Shown piece by piece: positions 43,161 through 53,383 of a DNA stretch of 64,000 nt (position 1 is its first letter; each line of letters opens with the position of its first letter). Below the pieces are notes generated by a model that did not search any database, was not told the origin of the DNA, and saw only the letters and a program-made list of their open reading frames with translations. Source of the stretch: Nitrosopumilus sp. (GTDB taxonomy: Archaea > Thermoproteota > Nitrososphaeria > Nitrososphaerales > Nitrosopumilaceae); the NCBI GenBank assembly GCA_965207445.1, contig CBDBLX010000002.1, positions 2,167,849-2,231,848 on the forward strand, read 5' to 3'. A program made the position numbers and the translations under genes.

Positions 43161-43619
43161 TTGTCAAGCTACAAAGGAACATACACAAACGAGCAATCAT
43201 ACGGAATTGCATTACCCATAATTGCAATGCTGTTTATAGGGGCAGTTTACTTTTTGTCACAAAGATCAGATGCAGGATTTGCAAGCTTTATTTTAGTTGG
43301 AGCAGCTGCCATTACGATGATTTATTGGGTTCGTATGTTACAAAAGATTGCAAAAGATCACAAACCAGCATACACAAAGGCCAGAGAGCAAGAAAGTAAA
43401 AATTGGATGTACGACTTGATGAAAGGCGAGAATGAGTCAATATTTGTAGCAGAGGTACCAGGTCCAGAAGACAAGATAGCAGTCAGACTTATTGACGGAG
43501 TGCTGTATATACGTGGTTCAGGGGGATTTGGAAAAGAAGTTCCAATACAAGGCGCAGAGCAGATGCAGATAGTTGATTTCAAGTATAGGAATGGAGTGCT
43601 AACATTAAGAATCAGATAA
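43161..43619 (+). CDS. Membrane-anchored Hsp20/alpha-crystallin-like protein
   Basis: Two TMs, then AEVPG...YRNGVLTLRI. Confidence 0.8.
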   Translation: MSSYKGTYTNEQSYGIALPIIAMLFIGAVYFLSQRSDAGFASFILVGAAAITMIYWVRMLQKIAKDHKPAYTKAREQESKNWMYDLMKGENESIFVAEVPGPEDKIAVRLIDGVLYIRGSGGFGKEVPIQGAEQMQIVDFKYRNGVLTLRIR

Positions 43620-43645
43620 AATCTTCTACCAATCAACAAAAAATT

Positions 43646-44794
43646 TTACAGACTCTTTGCAAGTTCTAATTTTTGGGGCAGATACTTGTCTGTAATGTTA
43701 GTCAACCCATACTTTGAGAATGCTTCTAATTCTGCTTTACGTTTTAAACGCAAAAAGACATCAAGTTCTTTGCGCCATATACCATAGGCATAACGTGGAT
43801 CATTTTTCAAATCATGACATCGTTTGATATCAGATTCAGTCATCGGTATTGTGGGAAGTTTGTATTTTTCTATATCAGTTGCCCATACACCCACCCATTT
43901 TGCATCTGGAACTGTTAATTCACGCAAGTGCGCAGCATTTGCAGAACCAGACTTTATAACCATGGCAATATGCTCACCATACACATCACCGTCTGTCAGA
44001 ATAATGATTGGTAGTCCCATCTCATCGTGTAGTCGTTTGAGCAAAGTTCGAGTTGAACGCGGAGCCTGTCCTCCAGTATTTATGATAATGGATTTGAACT
44101 TTTTATCAATCTGCTCTTCTACAAACCTTGTAAAAAGACCACCTTTTTCTATTGCAATGACAATCTCTGCACTTGTATCTACTAGTTCAGCAGTCGTAAG
44201 ACTAGGCCCAATAGAGTAACCGTCAGGGTGATTTGATAGGTTCATAGGTTTGCCTTCATAGCCAGGTATAGTGTACTCTATGTTAAGATCGCCAAATATT
44301 GTACTACGCTCTTCAGGGAATATGTGAAAGTCCTCGCGAGGCCTAGAAGTGACTGCTTCCAAATCTACAATAATATTATCAGATTCTGATTGATTATCAA
44401 ACTCTATTGCAAACGCTTGGGAAGAATAGTATACATCTCGAAGTGTAGATGACTTTTTCTCTTTTGTAAGTCTGTTTGCAAAGAATGCAAGCCACATTAG
44501 TTGGGTAAATGAGCGGAGTTGTGACGAGTTACGAGAACTTCTAGTAGAGGTGACATTTCCCAAAATGTATTGGCGCGTAGCATCATCAAATACAATATTA
44601 CTAACAGATCTACTCGGTATCGAGAATGTAGGAAACTTTCCTTTGTTTAGATCATTATAAATTCTGGCGCCATGTATTTTAAGATCTTCTAGTGTATGTT
44701 TTTGTTTTTCTTTTGCCTTTGTTGCGGCATTGATCTTTGATTTTTTTGATCGGGTTCGTGTATTAGATGATGATGATGATGTACGACGTGCCAT
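43646..44794 (-). CDS. top6A: DNA topoisomerase VI subunit A
   Basis: TLRDVYY, IEK, TGGQA and TDGDVYG motifs. Confidence 0.96.
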   Translation of the reverse strand: MARRTSSSSSNTRTRSKKSKINAATKAKEKQKHTLEDLKIHGARIYNDLNKGKFPTFSIPSRSVSNIVFDDATRQYILGNVTSTRSSRNSSQLRSFTQLMWLAFFANRLTKEKKSSTLRDVYYSSQAFAIEFDNQSESDNIIVDLEAVTSRPREDFHIFPEERSTIFGDLNIEYTIPGYEGKPMNLSNHPDGYSIGPSLTTAELVDTSAEIVIAIEKGGLFTRFVEEQIDKKFKSIIINTGGQAPRSTRTLLKRLHDEMGLPIIILTDGDVYGEHIAMVIKSGSANAAHLRELTVPDAKWVGVWATDIEKYKLPTIPMTESDIKRCHDLKNDPRYAYGIWRKELDVFLRLKRKAELEAFSKYGLTNITDKYLPQKLELAKSL

Positions 44795-47052
44795 TATTGT
44801 AAGACCTTTCCTTTTGTTGTATTTGAGTGAGTGGATTTTTTAGTATTGATAACTTTCTTTTTGCTCTTGCGATTACCACTACTACGACTAGTAGTCACTC
44901 CACTAGTAGTCCGCTTTCCAAGACTCATTTTTGATGATCTAATGGTTGCAGTATTTGATGTATTCGATTTGCTTGTAGTGTTAGATGTATCATCGAATGC
45001 TTTCATCTCAGAGACATCACTAGGTTGTGGTGTAGTCGAATCGTCATCTTGTATATTGTTATCAGATGGGTTCGGGATAGTTGTGTTATTGTTGTTGTTT
45101 AAAGTAGAATTGTCACCATCATTGTCATTATCATTGTTGTCATTATTATTATCATTATTATTGTCATTACTATTGTCACCACCATTATGATCATCCTGAT
45201 CTTTTTTGGTCTCTGATATGTGCAATGCACTTGAAAGTTCTTGTAACATCTGCTGATACGCAGGTTCTTTCTTTTTCCCTGCAAGTTCGGTACAAAATTG
45301 TGATATCATAGGTACATATTTTGCATACAAGTTGGCACGTTTTCTTGCAGCCTCTGCCTGACCTCGCTTTGACATGTATCCGGCAAGTTTTCGTGACAAA
45401 TACTGTAAGGCGAGTCTTAATTCGCGCTCGATCTCTGGACGATCCGCTACATTCTCCTTACCGGCTGTCTTGTATGGAATACGTGTAGAGCATATATGAG
45501 ATACGATAACAAATGGCGGATCACCTTTTATCTTGTATCGTCCCCAATCAATGTCATTTATCACCTTGAGGACAACATCACTACCCTCATCATACAATAA
45601 TGGTATACGGTTTGCAAATCTATACACATGCGGTCCACCTCTAGGTATCTGCTCGCCTCCATATGCTATACCCATCTCAACTATAAATGGAAAACCAGAG
45701 TACGCAGATGCAGGACGTTGCACAACTGCAGAAAAGTCAGGATTAAAGAACTTTTTTATCCCCTTTTCAAGTGGCATGGCACCAAGAGGAGCAAGACAAC
45801 TAGAGTCAGGTGCCATAAACTCTTCAAATTTTTGTAGTGAGTCACTCAAACTCACCAGCTCCTGGTTTGTCATAGAACCCATCCGTTTTTCAGGCTTGAA
45901 TCCTGCAAACTCTGCAAATTTGTTTGCAGTGCCAGATCCTACTCGTTGAAAACGCTTTATCAAAAATGTTGCTAGTGGCTCACCTTGTACAGTGTTTGCA
46001 AGTTGCCGATAGTATGGACTCTTACTATCCAAAGATGCAGTCTTTGTATCAGAAGTTGCAAAGTCCCAATACGATATGACGTTGTTTGCAGTATCAATAT
46101 CTTCTATGCGAATACGACTAATAGTGTCAAAATCAGCTTCTAAAAACGACATTATAGCAAGAATTATTCGAACGTGTTTTGTAAGGCCTTTCCATTTTTT
46201 GGCAGTACGAATCATTATTCGCTTAAAGTTGGCATCTTTTTTGACGATCAATTCTTTGCATATTTTTGATATCATCTCATCATTTACAACAGGAATGTCA
46301 AATTGTGACTCTACTATCATACGTCGTATACGCTCAACATCAACACCATGTGGATGGGGACGAATTATTGTTGGTGGTGGCGGTATATCAGTTACAAACC
46401 TAGAATGTGAAAAGCTCTGTTCTTTGGGATCATTAAATGTTAAAGTGGCATAAGGTGTAATCAGTGACGTCTCATACACATAATCACGTATCTTCGTTCC
46501 AGCCTTTGAATAGTCACCTTCTAAACATATACTCACCGAGAGCCCCATTTTTGCAGCTTTGCGAGTCTCATGTTTTACTATAACAGGCTTGTTTTTTTGA
46601 ATGTCAAGTAGTATCTCAAATCTATCCTGTGTCTTTCCATCCACAGAGCTAACTACCGTGACGGGCATGTTGGTAGTTATTTGTCCATACAAAATTGCCA
46701 TCGTAGCACCCAATCCAAACATACCTCGGGCTTGCTTTAGACCAAATTTTGATCCATACAAAACAGTACCAAATGCAAGTGGAATATGATCGGCATCAAC
46801 TCCAGGACCGTTATCCTTTACTGTTAGGATATAGTGACGTGGATCTGTTTTTGTCGAGTCAACTGCTTTGATCGACAAATGTACGTTTGGTAGTATTCCT
46901 TTTTGATCACATGCATCAAGTGAGTTTTCTACCAACTCCCTAACAGCAGTGTATAATGAACGGGTAGGATTACTGAATCCTGCCAAGTCTCTATTGCTAT
47001 AAAAGAACTCACTTGGTGAGATCTGATTAAACCTCTCTTTAATCTGAACCAT
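44794..47052 (-). CDS. top6B: DNA topoisomerase VI subunit B with a long low-complexity C-terminal tail
   Basis: RELVENSLDA, DNGPG, QARGMFGLG, PHPHG, RFANRIPL and KTAGKE motifs. Confidence 0.96.
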   Translation of the reverse strand: MVQIKERFNQISPSEFFYSNRDLAGFSNPTRSLYTAVRELVENSLDACDQKGILPNVHLSIKAVDSTKTDPRHYILTVKDNGPGVDADHIPLAFGTVLYGSKFGLKQARGMFGLGATMAILYGQITTNMPVTVVSSVDGKTQDRFEILLDIQKNKPVIVKHETRKAAKMGLSVSICLEGDYSKAGTKIRDYVYETSLITPYATLTFNDPKEQSFSHSRFVTDIPPPPTIIRPHPHGVDVERIRRMIVESQFDIPVVNDEMISKICKELIVKKDANFKRIMIRTAKKWKGLTKHVRIILAIMSFLEADFDTISRIRIEDIDTANNVISYWDFATSDTKTASLDSKSPYYRQLANTVQGEPLATFLIKRFQRVGSGTANKFAEFAGFKPEKRMGSMTNQELVSLSDSLQKFEEFMAPDSSCLAPLGAMPLEKGIKKFFNPDFSAVVQRPASAYSGFPFIVEMGIAYGGEQIPRGGPHVYRFANRIPLLYDEGSDVVLKVINDIDWGRYKIKGDPPFVIVSHICSTRIPYKTAGKENVADRPEIERELRLALQYLSRKLAGYMSKRGQAEAARKRANLYAKYVPMISQFCTELAGKKKEPAYQQMLQELSSALHISETKKDQDDHNGGDNSNDNNNDNNNDNNDNDNDGDNSTLNNNNNTTIPNPSDNNIQDDDSTTPQPSDVSEMKAFDDTSNTTSKSNTSNTATIRSSKMSLGKRTTSGVTTSRSSGNRKSKKKVINTKKSTHSNTTKGKVLQ

Positions 47053-47758
47053 ATCTATCATCATCTTCCCATAGAATCATTCTTTGCTGTTTTTGGTGCC
47101 TGTTTGCAACCTCGAGCTTGTTGTATACTGCACCGTGTGTACTTCCACAAGATATTGCGCGTACAGCATCCACTGCGCGCATCAATCCTCCACCTGCACC
47201 AATTATTGACACGGTTTTTCCGTATACAGAGATGTGCGTTTTACTTAGTTGTTCCATATTCTTTCTTGCCCTGCCACGTTCTCCAATAACCCTACCTTTT
47301 ATCCTTTCAATGCTAGAACGTGATTTGCCTGCAAACTCAGTCAAATTTATCACAAATAATGAGTTCTCATTTTTAAGTAGAGTTAATGCCACATCGGGCG
47401 TAAAACCTCTACCTATTGCCATTACAATCTCGACTGCTTTGAATGGTAAGAACAGATCGTCTTTGTGGCCATCATTGTAATCATTATTAGTATCAGGTGT
47501 ATTATCAAGCGTAGTATCAGGTGTATTATCAAGCGTAGTATCAGGTGTATTATCAAGCATATTACCAAGATGCACATTAGTATCATGCATATGGGCATCT
47601 GGCGTCTCTACATGTACGATTAAAATTTCACCAGTTGTACTATTAATATCAAGTTGGACGTTACATTTGCGCTCTATTTGTGATTTAATTGTACCACGTT
47701 TGCCTATCAAGATAGCTACTCGCTCATGGGGTATGCGTACCAATTTCTCAAATATCAT
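47039..47758 (-). CDS. KH-domain RNA-processing protein (Dim2/Pno1-like) with an (LDNTPDTT)3 insertion
   Basis: LIGKRG, AIGRGF, RIKGRVIG.RG and VYGKTV motifs. Confidence 0.92.
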   Translation of the reverse strand: MIFEKLVRIPHERVAILIGKRGTIKSQIERKCNVQLDINSTTGEILIVHVETPDAHMHDTNVHLGNMLDNTPDTTLDNTPDTTLDNTPDTNNDYNDGHKDDLFLPFKAVEIVMAIGRGFTPDVALTLLKNENSLFVINLTEFAGKSRSSIERIKGRVIGERGRARKNMEQLSKTHISVYGKTVSIIGAGGGLMRAVDAVRAISCGSTHGAVYNKLEVANRHQKQQRMILWEDDDRYGSD

Positions 47759-48828
47759 GTTAAAAGCCTCTCCATGATACGATCAACATCATTATCATCT
47801 ATTTCAACGTCCCGCTTTTTGAAAAATCGAATAATGTTATTAATGTCTCTTTGAAGAAAAACTGTAGAGTTCGGATGATTTTTGTGTACAGCAGACCCCA
47901 GATCAAAGACCACCAACCCCCGCCCATCAACTTTGAATATGTTGTATTCAGAATAATCACCATGCACAAGACTAGCTTTTTCATACATGTCAACTATTAT
48001 TGATATTGCCTGTAGATAATCATCATAGTTTACCTTAGAGTGCAAGAGTTGAGTTGCAGGAGTAGACATTGCATATGTATCATTAGAATGATGTGACGAG
48101 CCAATAAACTCCATGGCAAGGACGTTGTTTGCCACATGTATTGGTCTTGGTGCAGGTATTCCTGCGGCTTGACACTGTTTTAAATTACGAAATTCTTTTT
48201 TGGCCCATAAATACACCATATTTTTCGTACCCTTTTTGACAGAAGTAAACCGTGGGTCTCCTAACACATATTCTTGACGACGCTTAAAGTTCGATGTGCT
48301 AACCAAATAGATCTTCAAAGCAACACTCATACCAGTAGAGTTTAGTCCCCAAAACACAAGGGACTCTTTGCCAGCACTAATAGAGCCGTTTACACCGGAC
48401 AGTATACCACCAGTTATCATCTTGTACAATGTCATTATAGTTGACTTGTCGAGTACTTCATTTACCACCTTGTTTTTTTTAAAACCATCTGCAAGATCTC
48501 TTTTGCGACGTGTGTGTATACGGTTATCAAGTTTCTGCTCTATTTTAGATACAATGTGTTCATTGTTGTTAATATCATCATCAATATCATCATCAGTATT
48601 ATCATCAATATTATCATCAGTATTATCATCAATATTATCATCAGCATATTTCCCATCTAAATAAACATCATCACATACATCATCACATACATCATCAGAG
48701 TTAGTATTAAGAGTTGTAGTAAAAGTGCGATGTAGATTATCATCAGTACAAGTATCATTACTATCATACGTGTCTTCAACTGTGTGGTTTAGGTTAATTT
48801 TTTCTGCCATAGTAGATGGTACAACCAC
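47755..48828 (-). CDS. rio1: RIO1 atypical serine kinase
   Basis: SAGKES.V, KEFRNL, VHGDYSEYNI, FDLG and RDI.N motifs. Confidence 0.94.
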   Translation of the reverse strand: MVVPSTMAEKINLNHTVEDTYDSNDTCTDDNLHRTFTTTLNTNSDDVCDDVCDDVYLDGKYADDNIDDNTDDNIDDNTDDDIDDDINNNEHIVSKIEQKLDNRIHTRRKRDLADGFKKNKVVNEVLDKSTIMTLYKMITGGILSGVNGSISAGKESLVFWGLNSTGMSVALKIYLVSTSNFKRRQEYVLGDPRFTSVKKGTKNMVYLWAKKEFRNLKQCQAAGIPAPRPIHVANNVLAMEFIGSSHHSNDTYAMSTPATQLLHSKVNYDDYLQAISIIVDMYEKASLVHGDYSEYNIFKVDGRGLVVFDLGSAVHKNHPNSTVFLQRDINNIIRFFKKRDVEIDDNDVDRIMERLLT

Positions 48829-48921
48829 AGTCTAAAATTAATTTCGATGGCCAATATTGAGATTGTATAATACAAGCAAATAATTTAACAACGGTAATTC
48901 ACAGCAACACTATAATAAAAA

Positions 48922-49218
48922 CTACATTTTAAATATCAACATGAATGGAACATTAGATATTACTCGTGTACCATCTTTTGTACCCACACCCAGATCTATT
49001 GCCAATGATACTATTTTTGGACCTACCAAGTTGATAATAGATGAATTTTGTAATAGTTCAGTTGCCTGGTCTGTAGATACAATCTTGCCCCCATAATACC
49101 CCTCACTAATATGCATCTCATGTTCACCATCACCAATCTTGTTTCCAAGCAGATTATAGTCACATATATTCAACATTGTACTTCCCTGATACTCTGAAAC
49201 ACGAGCAGAAAAGGACAT
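48922..49218 (-). CDS. DUF424 family protein
   Basis: CD..LLG, YYGG and INLVG motifs. Confidence 0.85.
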   Translation of the reverse strand: MSFSARVSEYQGSTMLNICDYNLLGNKIGDGEHEMHISEGYYGGKIVSTDQATELLQNSSIINLVGPKIVSLAIDLGVGTKDGTRVISNVPFMLIFKM

Positions 49219-49225
49219 TGTTAAA

Positions 49226-49663
49226 TCACGCATATTTGCCCTTTAGTGTAGATTTGGCTCCACATGCCTCACATATTAAAAATGATATTCGATTCTCTCG
49301 AACCGTCTTTGTATCTGGACTCTTGCATGTAGGACACTCTAGGTAATCCTTGACATAAATCTGAAAGAGTCTTGTAAAGTCATCAGGGTCACGTCTGCCA
49401 ATGAACATTGCCTTGTCACCAATCCGCTCTGCAGGCACAGCAAACTCTTTTGACAAGTACTGTAACACTTTATCAGGGTCCCTCCTCAGCACCTTTGGAA
49501 AATCAGCAAAGTTTCTCAAAAATGTTTTTTGACCCTCCCACATTACATCAACTACGGGAAGCTCAAATCGCGTAGAGTTACTATTAGCATCACCGTCGCG
49601 ATTCACACTACACCCAAGATTACCCTCTATTCTTTTGAGCAGTGACTTGTATTGTTCTACCAT
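49226..49663 (-). CDS. eif2b: Translation initiation factor 2 beta subunit (aIF-2beta)
   Basis: RFELP, KTFLRNF and CPTCKSPDT..CEACGA motifs. Confidence 0.95.
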   Translation of the reverse strand: MVEQYKSLLKRIEGNLGCSVNRDGDANSNSTRFELPVVDVMWEGQKTFLRNFADFPKVLRRDPDKVLQYLSKEFAVPAERIGDKAMFIGRRDPDDFTRLFQIYVKDYLECPTCKSPDTKTVRENRISFLICEACGAKSTLKGKYA

Positions 49664-49698
49664 AACATAACGAACATAGCACACGCTATATGAGTTTT

Positions 49699-49720
49699 GA
49701 AAAAAGGGAGTAAGTACTCC
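49699..49720 (-). terminator. Hairpin plus U-tract after the DUF5679 gene
   Basis: Minus strand GGAGTACTTACTCC followed by CTTTTTTC, 2 nt after the stop. Confidence 0.55.
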
Positions 49721-49722
49721 GT

Positions 49723-49869
49723 TTATTGTGGTTTACCTATTCTGAATACACCAATACCACATTTAGGGCATGTGCCTTTAACGGCAGGTCGACCATTCTT
49801 GAGAGTTACTTCTTGTGGATCTTTGATCTCCACCTTCTCTCTGCATTTCACACAGTATGCTTGTGCCAT
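49723..49869 (-). CDS. 48-aa zinc-ribbon protein (DUF5679-like)
   Basis: Hand translation MAQAYCVKCREKVEIKDPQEVTLKNGRPAVKGTCPKCGIGVFRIGKPQ*; below the ORF-track cutoff. Confidence 0.9.
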   Translation of the reverse strand: MAQAYCVKCREKVEIKDPQEVTLKNGRPAVKGTCPKCGIGVFRIGKPQ

Positions 49870-50105
49870 TTCAAAATTACATTTGTGTGCGTATATATAG
49901 TAAGAGTAGGTAAAGAATATTTGATAATTAAGGTGACTTTTGTAGATTACTTTTTGACAATGTACGATAGATAATAAATCAAAAAATGGTTAATTTTACA
50001 GCTTTTATATTGAAATATGATAATTATATATATAATTTTAATATTTTATGAATTTTTTAATCAAAATGGTAAAATTACACATCACCGATAGATTATAAGG
50101 CACAT

Positions 50106-50642
50106 GTGCAAAGTAACCGCATATTGAGGCCAAAAAGGGGAATTATCATAACTATTGCAATATTAGCAGGCATAACTGCTGCAAGTTTTTTGGCATGGAT
50201 TCCACTAGGAGGCCAATCATCAAACAATGCCACATTCATAATAACAGATCATAAAGCATACCTTGATGATGTGAAGAGCATACATGAAGTATTGATAAAA
50301 TCAACTGCAATTGAGTTTGAGATGCTAGTGACATATGAGATTACACCAGAACAATACATGACAAGATCAGATGCCACATCATTACAAGTCACAATGCAGA
50401 TAAAAGAGTTCATTACATCAAAGCCACCAGAAATGTGGCAGGAAAGTTATATACTGTATGGAGAAGCATTGCGGTCGTTTAACTCATATCTAGCAGAAAC
50501 ACAAGTAGTTGCCAATATGATACAAAATAGAGACGATATAACAGATGAGCAGATGCAAGAGGCAATAGACAGAGCAGAAGGATTTAGTAAAGAGTCAAAT
50601 GAGTATATCATGCGCTCAGATGCAGCACGCCCTCTTCAATGA
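50106..50642 (+). CDS. Membrane-anchored helical hypothetical protein
   Basis: N-terminal TM and helical bundle with PPEMWQESY. Confidence 0.75.
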   Translation: MQSNRILRPKRGIIITIAILAGITAASFLAWIPLGGQSSNNATFIITDHKAYLDDVKSIHEVLIKSTAIEFEMLVTYEITPEQYMTRSDATSLQVTMQIKEFITSKPPEMWQESYILYGEALRSFNSYLAETQVVANMIQNRDDITDEQMQEAIDRAEGFSKESNEYIMRSDAARPLQ

Positions 50643-50677
50643 CCATAGTCTTTATGTGAGTATACAAATTCACAAAT

Positions 50678-51613
50678 GTGAATAATATAACATCAAAAAA
50701 AGATACGCACAAAACACGTGCAAATTCTATGGTCATAACTGAGCGCGGAGTAATGGCACTAGACAAAAAGTTTAGTAAATTAGAAATGTCAGATGCAAGA
50801 GGCATAACACGAGCAAGGCTCTTGTCGAGGTTTGTAAATGAGATTTCAACAAAAAAATTTGGAGCAGTTGTGTTTGGATATGAAACAGTACTGCATGACG
50901 ATACAACAGAACACACAATGCCACTCAAAGAGATTAGTGTTGAGTTAGAAAGATTATTGTCAAATAGGATTACAATTGGAATTGCATCTAGACAGAGCCA
51001 TCAAGAAATAAGAACACATTTACAACACACAATTGCACCAGAGTATTGGGAGAACACATACACGTCATATTGTAATGGAGCAAACACAAGTACACTAAAC
51101 TATGATGATCAAAATCACAATAATGAGAATAAAGACCTAGAGTCATTTTTAGAATTTGCAATCAGAAATGGCATAATAGTAAAAGATGATACAATCAAAT
51201 ATGACAACCAAATATCAATTAAAAATTACAGTGGCATGTATAGCGCACAAAAAATATTATCACATATGAGGGACGCAAAATATCCACTACTAGAAAAGAT
51301 AAAAGTATTAGAGTCAAAAAAGTTTATTGATATTATTCCATATCATACATCAAAGTATCATATAGTTAATGCAATCAAAAATGTAATTCCAAAGGATCGA
51401 TACATATTGTGCATAGGACATGACGGCCAATGGCCAGGAAGTGACTGTGAATTATTGACACATAGATATTCATTGAGTACAAATACTGTATCAACAACAG
51501 CGGCATCATGTTGGAATTTATTGCCAGATGGCATATATGGTGAACAAGGCACAATATCATATCTCAAGGGCATGCATGTAAAAAATAACGCGTGGTTTAA
51601 TATTACAATATAG
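50678..51613 (+). CDS. HAD-fold protein with degenerate catalytic motifs
   Basis: AVVFGYETVL (motif I position), IGIASRQ, IDIIP..SK, LCIGHDGQWPGSD. Confidence 0.6.
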   Translation: MNNITSKKDTHKTRANSMVITERGVMALDKKFSKLEMSDARGITRARLLSRFVNEISTKKFGAVVFGYETVLHDDTTEHTMPLKEISVELERLLSNRITIGIASRQSHQEIRTHLQHTIAPEYWENTYTSYCNGANTSTLNYDDQNHNNENKDLESFLEFAIRNGIIVKDDTIKYDNQISIKNYSGMYSAQKILSHMRDAKYPLLEKIKVLESKKFIDIIPYHTSKYHIVNAIKNVIPKDRYILCIGHDGQWPGSDCELLTHRYSLSTNTVSTTAASCWNLLPDGIYGEQGTISYLKGMHVKNNAWFNITI

Positions 51614-51721
51614 CAAATATAGATGCTCAATTCCGATCAACACAAAAGAGTAGACATGTATTACATCATAATTAGGCAAACAACTGGAAATTGTTAAAAA
51701 GAAACAAAGCTACAATACGAC

Positions 51722-52858
51722 ATGTCTCAACAACATCACACAAAAAAAGAAAGAAAAGATACAAGTGACACTTCAAACAAGTTGCTTGTCATATGTGTTG
51801 ATAGAGATGATGATGTAGGTGAGAAAACAGGTATCAAAACACCTGTTATTGGAAGAAATGCATGCATAGAAGCAGCGCAAAGACTAGCCTTGGAGGACCC
51901 AGAAGATGCAGACTCTAATGCAATATTTGCAGCGATAAAGACGTATGAGGACTTGGTAAGTAAAGGGTACACAGTAGAGGTCATTACAGTTGCAGGAGTA
52001 AAAGAGAGAGGGGTTAGGGCAGATGAAAAGATACTAGCTGAGATTAAAGATGTGCAAAATAAATTTGCAGCAACAGGTGCTGTGATAGTGTCTGATGGAG
52101 AGGATGATGAAAGTGTCATACCGGTTATACAGAATGCACTACCAGTAGTATCTGTTCAACGTGTTGTAATGAAGGTAAGTCGTAGTGTAGAGTACTCGTA
52201 TGCAGTATTTGGAAAATATCTCAAGACAATAGCGTATGATTCACGATACTCAAAATTCTTTTTGGGTGTTCCAGGTATACTGATGCTGATTGCCGGAATA
52301 GCTACTGTCTTTAACTTTACAGAGATAATATTTGCAGCAATGATAAGTATACTAGGAGGTGCATTTTTAATCAGGGCTTTTGATATAGACAAAGCATGGA
52401 GTAACTGGTCAAAACCTACACCGATGGGATTCATACGGATGTTTACAATGGTGACGGGTGTGATCTTGATACTCTCATCAGTTCCTGCAGGAATAAGTGC
52501 AATAGAGGTAGACTTGTTTAATACAGATGCAGATGTTATGACAATAATATCAGACAAGACAATAATTGGTCAATTTATTGCAGGTGCGCTTCCCATATTA
52601 TGGATAGGAATGGGGGTCATATTAGGAGGTACATTTTTAAGCAATTTAATAGGTGGCACACCAAAACATACAGTAGACATACTTAGACTCGTAGTCTTGG
52701 TAGCTGTATATCCAACAGTTTATCAATTTACAAACGTCATAATATATGATGAGAGTTCATTTACATTGGTTCTGCCGCTATTAGGAGGACTAGTAGCAAC
52801 ATTAGGTATTGCATATGTGCTATTTAGAAAGTATAGAAAACGAAAAATAGAAGAATGA
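51722..52858 (+). CDS. DUF373 family membrane protein
   Basis: VICVDRDDD.G, DPEDADSN and VSDGEDDE motifs; C-terminal TMs. Confidence 0.92.
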   Translation: MSQQHHTKKERKDTSDTSNKLLVICVDRDDDVGEKTGIKTPVIGRNACIEAAQRLALEDPEDADSNAIFAAIKTYEDLVSKGYTVEVITVAGVKERGVRADEKILAEIKDVQNKFAATGAVIVSDGEDDESVIPVIQNALPVVSVQRVVMKVSRSVEYSYAVFGKYLKTIAYDSRYSKFFLGVPGILMLIAGIATVFNFTEIIFAAMISILGGAFLIRAFDIDKAWSNWSKPTPMGFIRMFTMVTGVILILSSVPAGISAIEVDLFNTDADVMTIISDKTIIGQFIAGALPILWIGMGVILGGTFLSNLIGGTPKHTVDILRLVVLVAVYPTVYQFTNVIIYDESSFTLVLPLLGGLVATLGIAYVLFRKYRKRKIEE

Positions 52859-52971
52859 CCAAATACAAATCAACTGGCGACTATTATATATATTAATTAT
52901 AACAATATGTTAAGATAAATTATAAAATATCTATACAAAATAAATTATAAACAATCACTAATTGGAATTTA

Positions 52972-53083
52972 GTGTGAACCAACCTCCCTGATTGATGTAT
53001 TCATTTAAAATTTGAATATGAATAAATAAAATAATTTAGATTTTTAGGTTTTACTATAATATTTTTTCTCATATTTAAATTAA
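52972..53083. repeat. GTGTGAACCAA-type end with AT-rich arm; inverted copy of about 9019-9129
   Basis: About 110 bp reverse-complement match. Confidence 0.88.
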
Positions 53084-53169
53084 TCTATCTAAATCATTGG
53101 AAATAATAAATACACTTATATGATCAAAGGTTTTTACCAACACTATGAGTCAAAAAAGACCAAACAAAC

Positions 53170-53383
53170 GTAACTATTTTGCTTTTTGAAGTGGACACTT
53201 AAATTCTTATGATTATATACTATAATAATTTTGGTTTAAAAAATTTGATCAAAGAGTCGAAATAATTTAACGATAGGGTGTTAAATCAAAACGCTTCCAT
53301 CTATCATTAAGTGCAAATAAAATGATAGACAGGAACGATATTAGATCATCGCAAAAATGTGATTTAAGCGATCAGTGTGACTT
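53170..53383. mobile_element. IS66-type non-autonomous end segment, cut by the IS6-like insertion
   Basis: GTAACTATTTTGCTTTTTGAAGT TIR; reverse complement of 8114-8175 joined to 9138-9287. Confidence 0.85.
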
